Origin: Minisyncoccia bacterium
GTDB lineage: Bacteria > Patescibacteriota > Minisyncoccia > Phycocordibacterales > Phycocordibacteraceae
NCBI GenBank assembly: GCA_038212075.1
Contig: JBBQUV010000001.1
Coordinates: 99,200-163,199 of the forward strand
DNA length: 64,000 nucleotides
Reading direction: 5' to 3'
In this document: positions 1 to 10,347 of the stretch, in pieces
How the letters are laid out: every line of letters starts with the position of its first letter
How positions within the stretch are numbered: the stretch's first letter is position 1
Translations under genes and position numbers: made by a program
The notes under the pieces: model-generated
What the model was told of the DNA's origin: nothing
Seen by the model: the letters and a program-made list of their open reading frames with translations, nothing else
The model's database searches: none

Positions 1-1
1 G

Positions 2-3000
2 CCAGACATCACCATTCCCCTTGGCGTGGTGGTTACGGCTCTTCCTGGTGCGTCTGCGGCAGATGTTGAGCGCCTTGTTACCGACAAAATTGAGAGCGGC
101 GTGCTTGGTGTTGAGCATGTTTCAAAAGTTACTTCGTCTTCAGGAAACGGTATCTCGCAGGTATCAGTGGAGTTTGACGCTAGCGCAAATATTGATAAAT
201 CGATTCAGCTTTTAAAAGACGCGGTTGATAAGGTTCGTCCCGATCTTCCAGAAGAAGCGCTTGCTCCATCAGTATCAGACGTAAACTTTGCCGACCAACC
301 CATTCTGGTTGTTTCGGTTTCCGGTAATCTTGCCGACGGCGAACTTACTGCTCTTGGTGAACAAGTGAGCGATGAAATAAAACGAGTGTCGGGTGTTTCA
401 AAAGTGAGTGTTTCTGGTGTGCGCGCTCGGCAAGTACAGGTAATTGTGAGGTCTGAACGCCTTGCACAGTACGGCCTTTCTTTGCAGGACGTTACCAATG
501 CCATTCGTTCTGCTGGTATCGCCGCACCTGCGGGGGACATCACGGTAGACGGTGTGCGCTATGCAGTGCGTTTTGAATCAGGCCTTGCGACGACCGATAA
601 GGTGGCAAGCCTTGCTATGCCGGGCCCGGGTGGCACACCGGTGCATATTTCTGATGTCGCCGATGTGGTAGACGGTCTTGCTGACGCAAGCACCTATTCA
701 CGTGTTTCTGTCGGTGGAAAGCCAGCACAGCCATCACTGACTCTTACGGTGTTCAAAAGCCGTGGTGGCAACATCGTTGCAACGGGTAATGCGGTTATTA
801 AAAAGTTTGATGATTTGAAATCTGGTATTCTCGCTGGCACCGACACGGTTATTTCTTTTGACGGCGCAGAACAAGTAAATAAAAGTCTTACCGAACTCAC
901 TCGTGCTGGTATTGAAACGGTTATTTTGGTTATGCTCGTGCTGTACGTCACTCTTGGTCTTCGTGAGTCGCTTGTTGCCGCGGCTTCTATCCCACTCTCC
1001 TTTCTTATCGCCTTTCTTGGCATGTATGCCGCAGGCAACACGCTCAATAACGTATCGTTGTTCTCACTCATTCTCGCTATTGGTATTCTCGTGGATTCGG
1101 GCATTGTGGTGGTGGAAGCATTTCACACTCGTCTGTTGAAATTCGGTAATAAAGAAGAAGCGGCAGTTGCCGCTATTCGTGAATACGCGTGGCCACTGAT
1201 TGCAGGAACCTTTACCACCATTGTGGTATTTCTACCGCTCTTCTTTCTTTCGGGTATTGTCGGCAAATTCCTTGCAAGCATTCCGTTCACGGTGGTGTTC
1301 GTACTTCTTGCCAGCATCTTTGTTGCACTTGGCCTGGTTCCCCTTCTTGCGATTTTCTTTGTGCATCCGGTGCATGGCGACCTTGAATCTCGCCAAGAAA
1401 GATACAACGTGCTTGTACGCACCTGGTACCAAGGATTTCTTCGTCGCCTATTGCAAAACAAGCGTGATCAAAACCGATTTCTTATTGTTGCTATCGTACT
1501 TTTTTTCATAGCGCTCGCGCTTCCGGCAACGGGTCTTTTAAAGTCCATTTTCTTTCCGCAGGCAGATTCTGACTACATTTATGTTCAAATTGAAAAAGCC
1601 CAAGGCACAGAACTCTCTGAGACCGATCTTTCAGTGCGTGAAGTGGAAGAAGTGCTTTACCATAATCCGCACATTGCATCGTTTGTGAGTGCGACAGGTA
1701 TTGGCAGTTCGTTTGCCGGCGGCGGGCTTGGTGGCGGTCCTTCAGCCAATAGCGAAATCGGTAACATCACCGTAAATTTGCCGAAAGGCCACACACAAAC
1801 CAGCGCCGCACTCGTGAATGAATTGCGTCAAGCGCTTTCCACGATTACGTCCGCAACCATCACCGTAGGAGAACCGCAGGGCGGACCTCCTTCCTCGTCT
1901 CCAATCACCATAACCTTCTCTGGAAACGATCTTGGCGCACTCGCGGTAACCGGCGACGCGGCGACGCATACGCTGTCTGATATTCCGGGCGTGGTGAATA
2001 TAAACACAAGTACAAAAAATTCTGGAGCGGAATTTGTGGTAACGCTTGATAGCGCCAAGGCAACCGAACTCAATGTATCGCCCGTAGTGGTGGCAGACAC
2101 GCTTCGCACGGCGCTTTTCAGTGCAAAGGCAACATCTATTCGTACCGGCAAAGACGATATTGAAGTGCGCACCAAACTTGACTTGAATCCTGCGTACAAG
2201 GATCCGAGCGAAACCACGCACGTAACTATTGACGCCGTTCGCTCACTCGCTATTCCAAGCCCAACAGGTACCGTTCCTCTTTCAACTATTGCCACTATTA
2301 CCTACGAACCTGCACAAACCTCTATCGCGCACGAAGCAGGTACGCGCATCACTACGGTAACGGCAGACGTTGCACAAAATACTAATGCGATTGAAGCCAC
2401 GAATACGTTTGTAAAACAATTTACCGCAGACAAGATTGCGCCAGGCGTAGTGATGAAAATCGGCGGCGCGAGCGAAGATGTAAATAAATCATTCACTGAA
2501 CTCTTTATCGCACTTATTGCGGGCGCGGCGCTCATGCTTTCCATTCTTATTCTTGAATTTAACTCGTTCCGCCACTCTTTTTACCTGCTTTCCATCATTC
2601 CGCTCTCGCTTATCGGTGTGTTTGCCGGGCTTACGCTTGTCGGACAGCCGCTTTCGCTCACTTCCATGCTTGGTGTTATTGCGCTTGCGGGTGTCATCAT
2701 CAATCACGCGATTATTCTTATGGACTCTATCGCGCGCATTCATCGTGAACACAGCGAACTTGGACTTGAAGATGTAGTGATTGAAGCGGCATCAACACGT
2801 CTGCGCCCCATTTTGCTCACAACGGTAGTGACGGTTATCGGTATGATTCCGCTTACGTTTGCATCCGCTTTCTGGGGACCACTTGCCTTTGCAATTATGT
2901 TTGGTCTCGCCTTCTCGCTGTTCCTTACGCTCGGACTTATTCCCATTCTCTATCATCGGTGGCCAGGTAAGGCGGTACGCGAGCACTACGCACAGAGGGG

Positions 3001-3007
3001 GCAATAG
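2..3007 (+). CDS. RND family efflux transporter permease (AcrB/HAE1-like), 5'-truncated by window edge
   Basis: 993-aa ORF whose reading frame continues upstream of position 26. Multi-TM C-terminal half and porter/docking-like periplasmic segments resemble AcrB-family proteins. Confidence 0.8.
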   Translation, partial: PDITIPLGVVVTALPGASAADVERLVTDKIESGVLGVEHVSKVTSSSGNGISQVSVEFDASANIDKSIQLLKDAVDKVRPDLPEEALAPSVSDVNFADQPILVVSVSGNLADGELTALGEQVSDEIKRVSGVSKVSVSGVRARQVQVIVRSERLAQYGLSLQDVTNAIRSAGIAAPAGDITVDGVRYAVRFESGLATTDKVASLAMPGPGGTPVHISDVADVVDGLADASTYSRVSVGGKPAQPSLTLTVFKSRGGNIVATGNAVIKKFDDLKSGILAGTDTVISFDGAEQVNKSLTELTRAGIETVILVMLVLYVTLGLRESLVAAASIPLSFLIAFLGMYAAGNTLNNVSLFSLILAIGILVDSGIVVVEAFHTRLLKFGNKEEAAVAAIREYAWPLIAGTFTTIVVFLPLFFLSGIVGKFLASIPFTVVFVLLASIFVALGLVPLLAIFFVHPVHGDLESRQERYNVLVRTWYQGFLRRLLQNKRDQNRFLIVAIVLFFIALALPATGLLKSIFFPQADSDYIYVQIEKAQGTELSETDLSVREVEEVLYHNPHIASFVSATGIGSSFAGGGLGGGPSANSEIGNITVNLPKGHTQTSAALVNELRQALSTITSATITVGEPQGGPPSSSPITITFSGNDLGALAVTGDAATHTLSDIPGVVNINTSTKNSGAEFVVTLDSAKATELNVSPVVVADTLRTALFSAKATSIRTGKDDIEVRTKLDLNPAYKDPSETTHVTIDAVRSLAIPSPTGTVPLSTIATITYEPAQTSIAHEAGTRITTVTADVAQNTNAIEATNTFVKQFTADKIAPGVVMKIGGASEDVNKSFTELFIALIAGAALMLSILILEFNSFRHSFYLLSIIPLSLIGVFAGLTLVGQPLSLTSMLGVIALAGVIINHAIILMDSIARIHREHSELGLEDVVIEAASTRLRPILLTTVVTVIGMIPLTFASAFWGPLAFAIMFGLAFSLFLTLGLIPILYHRWPGKAVREHYAQRGQ

Positions 3008-3009
3008 GA

Positions 3010-4275
3010 TTATTTTCCTGTCGTAAGAAACTGTACTGCACGTGCCTTTTGTGGGTCTTTACTTGCGCGCACGTCGTCTTGGGTGCGGTTTACATTGATG
3101 TCTGGCGTAATGCCTCCCTCTGAAATGTTTACTCCGGCTGGTGTAAGCCAGCGAGCAACAGTCACTTTGAGCGATGCGGAGTCAAGATCAATCAATTGTT
3201 GCACTGAGCCCTTACCAAATGAACGTGTGCCAATAAGTGTAGCAACGCTGTTGTCATGGAGCGCGCCGGCAAGAATTTCTGAAGCTGAAGCAGATCCTTG
3301 GTCAATGAGAATCACCACCTTTGTGCCACTTGGCATATCGGCGGTACCACTGCTACGGTGTGTCACATTTTCTTGTTTTCCTTTAAAGTCCTCGGTCACC
3401 ACGGTTGTTCCTTCTGGCAAGAAATGGCTTGCAATGTTTACTGCGGCGTCAAGGTAGCCTCCCGGGTCTCCGCGCAAATCAAGTATTAATTTTTTAGAAC
3501 CTGATGCCTTAAACGCGGCAAACGCCGTATCAAACAGTTCTGCAGAGTTTCCGCTAAACTCAAAGAGTGCGATGGAATATACGCCCGTGGCTTTATCAAA
3601 CGAATTATCAATTTCTGGCACCTGTATGGTGTCACGCACTACGGGAATAGTGATCATTTTGCCATCACGGTAGATGACAAACGTTACCGTTGTGCCCTTT
3701 AGGCCGCGAATTGCCTTCACTGCTTCATCGGTTGTCATACCATCGGTTGTTTTTCCATCTATAGACAACACAATATCTCCTGACAGAATGCCGGCTTTTT
3801 CTGCCGGCGTGCCCTTCAAAGGCGCAATAACCGTAAGTAGGCCATCTTTGTTTGCTCCAATTTCCATACCGACGCCCCCAAAATTACCGGCAATGTTTTC
3901 TTGAAACACTTTTGCTTCAGCGGGCGGCATAAATACCGTATAGGGGTCTTTATAGGACTCTGTGAGTCCTTTGATAGCGCCGTATATCTTTTCCTTTATT
4001 GTGGGAAGCGTTGTTGATGCGTGTGTCTGCACAAAATTTGCATCAAGCGTATTCCATGCCTTCCAGAAGTCGGTGAGGTCGGCGTTTTGGTCGGGCGTAG
4101 GATCAAGCCCGTCACCAAGCAACGGTATAGTTGAAAGTAACGACGAGCCCGAATGCGCGCCACCAACAAAAAGTCCTGTAGAAAACGCAACGACCGCAAC
4201 GAGTGCAAGTGCGATACCGTTACGCACCGTGTGCGTGGTGCGTGATGGGGAAATGTCTGCGTCGTCGTCTTGCAT
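3010..4275 (-). CDS. ctp: C-terminal processing peptidase (S41 family) with PDZ domain, N-terminal membrane anchor
   Basis: PDZ-like segment followed by an S41 catalytic region (GSASASEILAGAL...FGKGSVQ). N-terminal TM helix. Confidence 0.85.
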   Translation of the reverse strand: MQDDDADISPSRTTHTVRNGIALALVAVVAFSTGLFVGGAHSGSSLLSTIPLLGDGLDPTPDQNADLTDFWKAWNTLDANFVQTHASTTLPTIKEKIYGAIKGLTESYKDPYTVFMPPAEAKVFQENIAGNFGGVGMEIGANKDGLLTVIAPLKGTPAEKAGILSGDIVLSIDGKTTDGMTTDEAVKAIRGLKGTTVTFVIYRDGKMITIPVVRDTIQVPEIDNSFDKATGVYSIALFEFSGNSAELFDTAFAAFKASGSKKLILDLRGDPGGYLDAAVNIASHFLPEGTTVVTEDFKGKQENVTHRSSGTADMPSGTKVVILIDQGSASASEILAGALHDNSVATLIGTRSFGKGSVQQLIDLDSASLKVTVARWLTPAGVNISEGGITPDINVNRTQDDVRASKDPQKARAVQFLTTGK

Positions 4276-4333
4276 TGCGCGTTATTCTAACACACGCATA
4301 GTATGCGGGTGGTGTGCTGGTATACTTTCTTAT

Positions 4334-5251
4334 ATGCTCATTCGTCACGCACGCGGTGATATTACTTGGATAGACATCGAAGCTCCGACAGAAGCTGAGC
4401 TCGGCGGCATTCTCCACGAATTCAACATCGATCCGCGTATTGAAGACGAAATTATTTCTCCAACGCCGTACCCACTTTTCATTCCATTCACAAATTATCT
4501 GTACCTCGTGCTTCATTTCCCTACTGCGCTTCCAGACGGGGGTACTAAAAATCAAGAAATCGACTTTATTGTTGGCGAAAACTTTATTATTACCGGGAGA
4601 TACGAAGTCATTGACCCCATCCATAACCTTCACAAGGTATTTGAAGCCGAAGAACTGCTGGGACTTCCTAAAAGCGAAGTGAAAACCCACGTGCTTTTGG
4701 AGCGGATTTTCCGTCGCCTATATGGCGCACTCGGAAATGAAGCAGAAGACACTGCACGAAAACTAGAGCGCATTGAACGTGATATTTTTTCTGGAAAAGA
4801 ACGAGAAAATGTGCACGCTATTTCTGAAGTCGGCCGTACCCTGCTTCGCTTTGAAACAACACTTGCACGACACCAGGAGCCACTATCCACATTTATAGAC
4901 GAACTCACTTCTAAACGATTTTTTGGCAAAGAGTTTGCCGAACATGGGGCACACATAAAAGCTGAACGCGATCACGCCGTCACGCTCATTACGTCGTATC
5001 GTGCCGTTGCTACTGAATTGCGCGATACCAACGACTCACTGCTTTCAACCTCTCAAAACGAAGTAATGAAAACACTCACGGTGGTTACGTTCATTATTTT
5101 TCCACTTTCGCTCATCGCTTCCTTGTTCCAAATGAACACTCCAGGAACACCCCTTTCGAACAATCCGAACGCTTTTTGGATTGTGCTCGCATTCATGCTC
5201 ATTGTTTCTAGCCTGCTTGGGCTGTTCGTCATTAGACGCAAGTGGCTGTAA
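4334..5251 (+). CDS. corA: CorA family magnesium/cobalt transporter
   Basis: About 306 aa with two C-terminal TM helices and an (F/G)MN-type motif (LFQMNTPG) followed by a basic C-terminus. Start set at the internal ATG at 4334, because the longer ORF (from 3962) overlaps the converging ctp gene. Confidence 0.75.
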   Translation: MLIRHARGDITWIDIEAPTEAELGGILHEFNIDPRIEDEIISPTPYPLFIPFTNYLYLVLHFPTALPDGGTKNQEIDFIVGENFIITGRYEVIDPIHNLHKVFEAEELLGLPKSEVKTHVLLERIFRRLYGALGNEAEDTARKLERIERDIFSGKERENVHAISEVGRTLLRFETTLARHQEPLSTFIDELTSKRFFGKEFAEHGAHIKAERDHAVTLITSYRAVATELRDTNDSLLSTSQNEVMKTLTVVTFIIFPLSLIASLFQMNTPGTPLSNNPNAFWIVLAFMLIVSSLLGLFVIRRKWL

Positions 5252-5260
5252 CATAGGGCT

Positions 5261-6715
5261 ATGTCTTGGTTTAGTGGTCTCTGGAAATCATCCACCACCC
5301 TTACCCCATCCTCTGCGGGCGTTTTTTTCGTTAACACATTATCCGGAAAAAAAGAGATATTTGTCCCCGCAAAGCCTCCACTCGTCACCATGTACTCGTG
5401 CGGACCAACGGTATATAGCAAACAGCACATTGGAAACCTGAAGGCACCGCTGTTCGCTGACCTTGTTGCGCGTGCGCTTCTTGAAGCCGGATACCATGTT
5501 CGTCGCGTCATCAACATCACCGATGTCGGCCATTTAGTCGGTGACGGAGACCACGGTGAAGATAAAATGGTAAAAGGTGCTCGCGAAGAACAATCTTCAC
5601 CGAAAGAAATTGCAGAGCGGTATACCAGCATTTTTCTTGATGACTTACGCGCCCTCAACATAGATACGAACACCATTCTTTTTCCACACGCAACGGAATA
5701 TATCCCAGAGCAGATTGCGATGATACAAACACTGTACGACCGCGGATCTGCGTATCGTGCAGAAGACGGTGTGTATTTTGATACCAGCACATTTTCCAAT
5801 TATGGAAAACTCGGTGGCGTGAACGAAGCAAAACTTCTTCCTGGTGCACGGGTAGAAAAAATTACTACTAAAAGAAATGCACATGACTTTGTGCTGTGGC
5901 GTGACGCAAAGCCTGCAGACCTTCAGCAATGGGATTCTCCGTGGGGTCGTGGAAATCCGGGCTGGCATATTGAATGTTCCGCAATGATTCGTGCGCTTCT
6001 TGGTATAGAGATCGACATTCACACCGGTGGCATAGACCACATTCCTACGCATCACAACAACGAAATAGCACAATCTGAGTGCGCAAATGGTCGTCCGCTT
6101 GCGCGGTATTGGATGCATGAAGCATTTGTAAACGTTGCGGATGAAAAAATTTCTAAATCGCTCAAAAATGACGTGTATCTTTCAGATATTGAAGCACGCG
6201 GCATAGATCCGCTCGCGCTCCGTTATTTCTTTTTGCAAGCGCACTATGCCCGCCCAGTGTCGTTTACCTGGAATGCGCTTGAGGCAAGCGCGGAAGCGTA
6301 CGAACGGTTACAGCGGTTGGCAACAGAAGTACAAAAAGAATCTGCACGGAAGACTAAAAATTCCGACGCTCGCGACCGTTTTATCGCGCTTGTGCGTGAC
6401 GATCTTTCCACTCCACAAGCACTCGCCTTTTTGTGGGAAACTCTAAAGGGTGACGAATACTCGCCTGAAGAAAAATGGGGTTTGCTGGTATCGGCAGACG
6501 CTCTCCTCGGGCTCCCCCTTACCGCCCTTCCTCTGGTGGACAAAGAGCCGAGCGCATACCCCGAAGACGTCCAAAAGCTCGTCTACGAGCGAGATTTAGC
6601 CCGTGGAGCGAAGGATTTTGCCCAGGCCGATGCACTACGTTATCAACTCCAAAACAGGGGATATCGTGTGGAAGACTCGCCTTCTGGCACCCTATTGACC
6701 AAAGAGGTACGGTGA
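5261..6715 (+). CDS. cysS: cysteinyl-tRNA synthetase
   Basis: Class I aaRS with HIGH-like (QHIGN) and KMSKS (KISKS) motifs and the CysRS-specific PGWHIECSAM zinc-site motif. Confidence 0.9.
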   Translation: MSWFSGLWKSSTTLTPSSAGVFFVNTLSGKKEIFVPAKPPLVTMYSCGPTVYSKQHIGNLKAPLFADLVARALLEAGYHVRRVINITDVGHLVGDGDHGEDKMVKGAREEQSSPKEIAERYTSIFLDDLRALNIDTNTILFPHATEYIPEQIAMIQTLYDRGSAYRAEDGVYFDTSTFSNYGKLGGVNEAKLLPGARVEKITTKRNAHDFVLWRDAKPADLQQWDSPWGRGNPGWHIECSAMIRALLGIEIDIHTGGIDHIPTHHNNEIAQSECANGRPLARYWMHEAFVNVADEKISKSLKNDVYLSDIEARGIDPLALRYFFLQAHYARPVSFTWNALEASAEAYERLQRLATEVQKESARKTKNSDARDRFIALVRDDLSTPQALAFLWETLKGDEYSPEEKWGLLVSADALLGLPLTALPLVDKEPSAYPEDVQKLVYERDLARGAKDFAQADALRYQLQNRGYRVEDSPSGTLLTKEVR

Positions 6716-6729
6716 TACGATAAGGGTTC

Positions 6730-8094
6730 ATGCAAGACCCTACTCAGCGCATTCCTCCACAAAGCCTTGAATCCGAGCGCGCGCTTCTTGGTTCGCTTTT
6801 ACTTAAGCCGGACGCCATTCACGACGTCGCCGATCTTATTCGCGCCGACTCTTTTTATGCAGAACGTCATCGCATTATTTTTGATGCGATGCTTGAACTC
6901 AGTACGCGCGGCGAACCTATCGACCTTCTTTCTCTTGGCGAAAAACTCACCAGCAAAGGTCTTCTTGAGCGCGCGGGTACGAAAAGTTATTTAGCGGAAC
7001 TCATTACCGCCTCCCCTGCTCCCGGAAACTTTTCGCATTACGCAGAACTTGTTTCGCGTAAATACTTGATGCGTTCGCTTATTGACGCGTCGTATCGCAT
7101 TACCGAGTCAGCATATGATGAAGCAAAAGATACGCACGAAGTGCTTGATGACGCGGAGAAAGAAATTTACGCTATCGGAAACGCATCTGCGGCGCATAAA
7201 TTTATTCCTATTTCAGACAAAGTAGAAGGCGCGTGGGAACGCATTGAATCCATGTCAAAACAGGACGGAAGTATTCGTGGAATCCATACCGGTTTTCCCG
7301 AACTCGATAGCCTGCTCTCCGGACTCCATCGTTCGGATTTAATCATTCTCGCCGCTCGTCCGTCGGTTGGTAAAACATCACTCGCACTCGACATTGCGCG
7401 CAATGCCGCTGTGCGTCACAACGTGCCAGTGGGTATTTTCTCGCTTGAAATGAGTTCAGAGCAAATCGTTGACCGTATGCTTGCCGCAGAGTCGTTTGTG
7501 AATTCGTGGAAAATCCGCACCGGTGCCGTACACGCAGAAGAAGATTTTACGAAAATCCGTGACGCGCTTGAAAACCTTTCCAAGGCACCCATATACATTG
7601 ACGATAAGCCGGGTAACAACATTCTTGCTATGCGCGCCGTAGCGCGCCGTTTGAAGCGTGAAAAAGGCATCGGACTTATTATCGTGGACTACCTTCAGCT
7701 TATGGCGCCTACGAATACGCGCAATTCCGATTCTATGGTGCAACAAGTCACCGAAATTTCTCGTTCCCTAAAAAGCCTTGCGCGCGAGCTAGACGTTCCG
7801 GTGCTCGCGCTTTCTCAGCTTTCTCGTGCTGTTGAACAACGTGGGGGCAAGCCGCGCCTTTCCGACCTTCGAGACTCCGGTTCTATTGAACAAGACGCTG
7901 ACGTGGTGATGTTCATTCACCGCGATGACAAGACAAACAAAGACAGTGAACGGCCGAACATTGCAGAAATTCTTATTGAAAAACACCGTAATGGTCCTAC
8001 AGGAAAGGTTGATCTCTTCTTTGACGATAAGCGCACCAGTTTTATGCCGGTTGATAAATCAGGGTACGGAGAGTTAGGCTCGGATTTTTCTTAG
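6730..8094 (+). CDS. dnaB: replicative DNA helicase DnaB
   Basis: DnaB N-terminal domain (ERALLGSLL...) and a RecA-like C-terminal domain with Walker A (GKTS) and the typical length. Confidence 0.92.
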   Translation: MQDPTQRIPPQSLESERALLGSLLLKPDAIHDVADLIRADSFYAERHRIIFDAMLELSTRGEPIDLLSLGEKLTSKGLLERAGTKSYLAELITASPAPGNFSHYAELVSRKYLMRSLIDASYRITESAYDEAKDTHEVLDDAEKEIYAIGNASAAHKFIPISDKVEGAWERIESMSKQDGSIRGIHTGFPELDSLLSGLHRSDLIILAARPSVGKTSLALDIARNAAVRHNVPVGIFSLEMSSEQIVDRMLAAESFVNSWKIRTGAVHAEEDFTKIRDALENLSKAPIYIDDKPGNNILAMRAVARRLKREKGIGLIIVDYLQLMAPTNTRNSDSMVQQVTEISRSLKSLARELDVPVLALSQLSRAVEQRGGKPRLSDLRDSGSIEQDADVVMFIHRDDKTNKDSERPNIAEILIEKHRNGPTGKVDLFFDDKRTSFMPVDKSGYGELGSDFS

Positions 8095-8097
8095 CAT

Positions 8098-8700
8098 ATG
8101 TCTGATCAAATTGAGGAACTTTCTGCCGCACTGGCTCGCTTCCCTGGCATTGGTCCGCGTCAAGCAAAACGCTTTGTATACTATCTCCTTACCGTTTCTT
8201 CTTCGGAACGCACAAAACTTTCTACACTCATTGCAAATCTTGCGGCAAGCGTGCACCAATGCACCTTGTGTTTCCGATACGCCGAAGTACGTGATGGGCT
8301 GTGTGCGTACTGTGCCGACGCTTCACGAGACGACACTTTGCTGATGCTGGTAGAAAAAGACCAAGACTTGCTTGCGGTTGAGCGCGCCGGAACCTATCGC
8401 GGCCGATATTTTGTGCTAGGTGGCGTGCTCACGCTTTCTGGAAAGGGTGTTATTCGTGACAGAGAACTCGCAAAAGCTATAGAAAAGCATCTGCAAAAAG
8501 GATTGAAAGAAATCGTGTTTGCGCTTTCAGCCACCAGCGAAGGTGAACATACCGCAGATCATTTGCGCGATGTACTTGCTCCCTTCCGCAATGTCGTGCG
8601 TTTTACCGTACTTGGACGTGGACTCTCTACCGGTTCGGAACTGGAATATTCAGATGCAACAACCCTTTCAAGCGCACTCCAGAACCGAAAAGAAACATAA
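8098..8700 (+). CDS. recR: recombination protein RecR
   Basis: HhH N-terminus (FPGIGPRQAKR), C4 zinc finger (CxxC...CxxC), Toprim region; 200 aa. Confidence 0.92.
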   Translation: MSDQIEELSAALARFPGIGPRQAKRFVYYLLTVSSSERTKLSTLIANLAASVHQCTLCFRYAEVRDGLCAYCADASRDDTLLMLVEKDQDLLAVERAGTYRGRYFVLGGVLTLSGKGVIRDRELAKAIEKHLQKGLKEIVFALSATSEGEHTADHLRDVLAPFRNVVRFTVLGRGLSTGSELEYSDATTLSSALQNRKET

Positions 8701-8754
8701 AGAAAATGTCGCCGCAGGTGCGACGACATGTTTCCACTTGGCGACCACGTCTCC

Positions 8755-9399
8755 TTACGGGTCGCGAACGAGAAGATTTTGAGCGGTATCGAGAAAGCCT
8801 GAGTCGCGTAAGGCGTGCAGACCACGCAGGTCTGCACGTACAAATACGAGAATCTGCCTATCCTGAGGAAGCGTTATGGCTGGGAACATGCCCCAACAGA
8901 GAACGTATTCCTGAATCAGCGGTACTCCCGTAAGTAGTACGTGTGTTGCTGTACCCGCATACAGATTGGCAGGCACAGCACCACGCCTTGCGACAAGGAC
9001 GCCGAGGAGATCCCAAGGTTTCCCCGGACGTTCTCTGCGCAGGAGCGTCGGTTTTCCTTGCTCCTTTTCAAAGGCGTGCCGTTCCCTGCTTAGGGTTCGC
9101 ATGTAGAGCAATGTCGGAATTTCATCGATCGTGGCTTCTGCCGCCTGTGCGGCATACACCGGATCGAAGTACCGAGTGCCACCGACACCTTCACGTTCGA
9201 TGTACGCTTCAAGACCGCCTTCGACGACGGACTTGGCATACTCAAGCGTGTAGATGGGGGCGGTAGGTCGAAGCAGAAGCGGCATGGCAAGATGGCCATA
9301 CGTCACCGGTCCCACATGCTGGCCAATCAAACGCGTTAACTCCAATGGCAATGACTGGTCTTCTGCCATCTTTCCCTCCAAAAAAGAACACCGAGCCAA
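8755..9399 (-). CDS. hypothetical protein (no recognisable domain)
   Basis: 214-aa ORF in a segment with locally elevated GC (about 56%). No motif assigned. Confidence 0.5.
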   Translation of the reverse strand: MARCSFLEGKMAEDQSLPLELTRLIGQHVGPVTYGHLAMPLLLRPTAPIYTLEYAKSVVEGGLEAYIEREGVGGTRYFDPVYAAQAAEATIDEIPTLLYMRTLSRERHAFEKEQGKPTLLRRERPGKPWDLLGVLVARRGAVPANLYAGTATHVLLTGVPLIQEYVLCWGMFPAITLPQDRQILVFVRADLRGLHALRDSGFLDTAQNLLVRDP

Positions 9400-9435
9400 G
9401 CCTCAGGTTCTAGTGGAAGAGACTACTCCTACTTA

Positions 9436-9468
9436 TGAAAAAACAAAAGCCCCTTTGGAGGGGCTTGT
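9436..9468 (-). terminator. Rho-independent terminator downstream of rplU
   Basis: 8-bp GC-rich hairpin (aagcccct/aggggctt) followed on the minus strand by a T-run. Confidence 0.6.
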
Positions 9469-9473
9469 GGGGA

Positions 9474-9791
9474 CTACGCAACGGTATCGATTTTTACTTT
9501 CAAATAGTGCTGGCGGTGGCCACGGCGTTTGTGGTAGCGGCTTTTTGCCTTGTACTTCATCACGTCAATCTTCTTTGCGCGAGCAACAGCAGCAACGGTA
9601 CCGGTGACCTTAGCCCCTTTTACGGTTGGGGTGCCAAGAGTGGCATCAGACCCATTATCTACCATAAGAACCTCGTCAAAGGTGAGTTTTTCGCCTACAG
9701 CAGACTCTCCTTCAAATTTCTCAATGAAGATAGTGTCGCCCTTAGCGACGACATATTGCTTCCCGCCCGTCTTGATTACTGCCAATTCCAT
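9474..9791 (-). CDS. rplU: 50S ribosomal protein L21
   Basis: 105 aa; the MELAVIKTGGKQYVV...HRQ sequence is typical of L21. Confidence 0.93.
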   Translation of the reverse strand: MELAVIKTGGKQYVVAKGDTIFIEKFEGESAVGEKLTFDEVLMVDNGSDATLGTPTVKGAKVTGTVAAVARAKKIDVMKYKAKSRYHKRRGHRQHYLKVKIDTVA

Positions 9792-9845
9792 AGTGTCAAA
9801 AATGTATCATTTAGGGGGCTAAATGACAAGGCCGCAGGGTTTCCC

Positions 9846-10265
9846 CTACGGTCTTTGTCGCACATAGCCCGCCACCTCCTTTTGGGCGGGCGAAAGCAGT
9901 ATCCCCAGCAGGGGGATGCCAATGAACAGGAATATTCTGAAGAGTACTCCCAACCCGTCCACGCTGAAGTCGATGCTGAAGCCTCCAAAAAGGATAGCCA
10001 TCGAAACGAACGTGCCGAGCGCCAAAGAGCCCCAGAAGCGCGTACGTCCTTGCGGCCGCAGTAGTTGGATGCATGTGCCGGTGAACAGCACTGCGTACAT
10101 AACCGGCAGTACGTTGATGGCAATGCGGAGCCACCACACTTCTGTAACGGCGGGAATGTAGTCGATTGGTGCCGGCGTTACGATTCGAAGCAGAACGAAT
10201 CCGTAGAGCACCACAAGCCCTACAACGCCGGCTGGTTCACGTATTACTTGAAGCTTGTTTTGCAT
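9846..10265 (-). CDS. hypothetical membrane protein (4 TM predicted)
   Basis: Hydrophobic segments throughout. Start set at the internal ATG (MQNKLQ...) to avoid overlapping the upstream gene. Confidence 0.5.
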   Translation of the reverse strand: MQNKLQVIREPAGVVGLVVLYGFVLLRIVTPAPIDYIPAVTEVWWLRIAINVLPVMYAVLFTGTCIQLLRPQGRTRFWGSLALGTFVSMAILFGGFSIDFSVDGLGVLFRIFLFIGIPLLGILLSPAQKEVAGYVRQRP

Positions 10266-10347
10266 AACGATCTCCCGATCGGTTAGCGTGGGTGTGGCCA
10301 CCCGAGGGTTAGTCCATGGCCAATCTAGCCCCAAAGAGCTAGACTCG

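Noticed and set aside
3962-4333. 5' extension of the corA ORF (429 aa from 3962) overlapping the converging ctp gene
   Set aside because: The extension overlaps ctp for more than 300 nt on the opposite strand and lacks CorA similarity. The ATG at 4334 gives a normal-length CorA.
5053-5799. 248-aa minus-strand ORF
   Set aside because: Completely overlaps corA and cysS on the opposite strand; no motif. Antisense artefact.
9435-10064. 209-aa plus-strand ORF
   Set aside because: Antisense to rplU and the neighbouring membrane protein gene; no motif.
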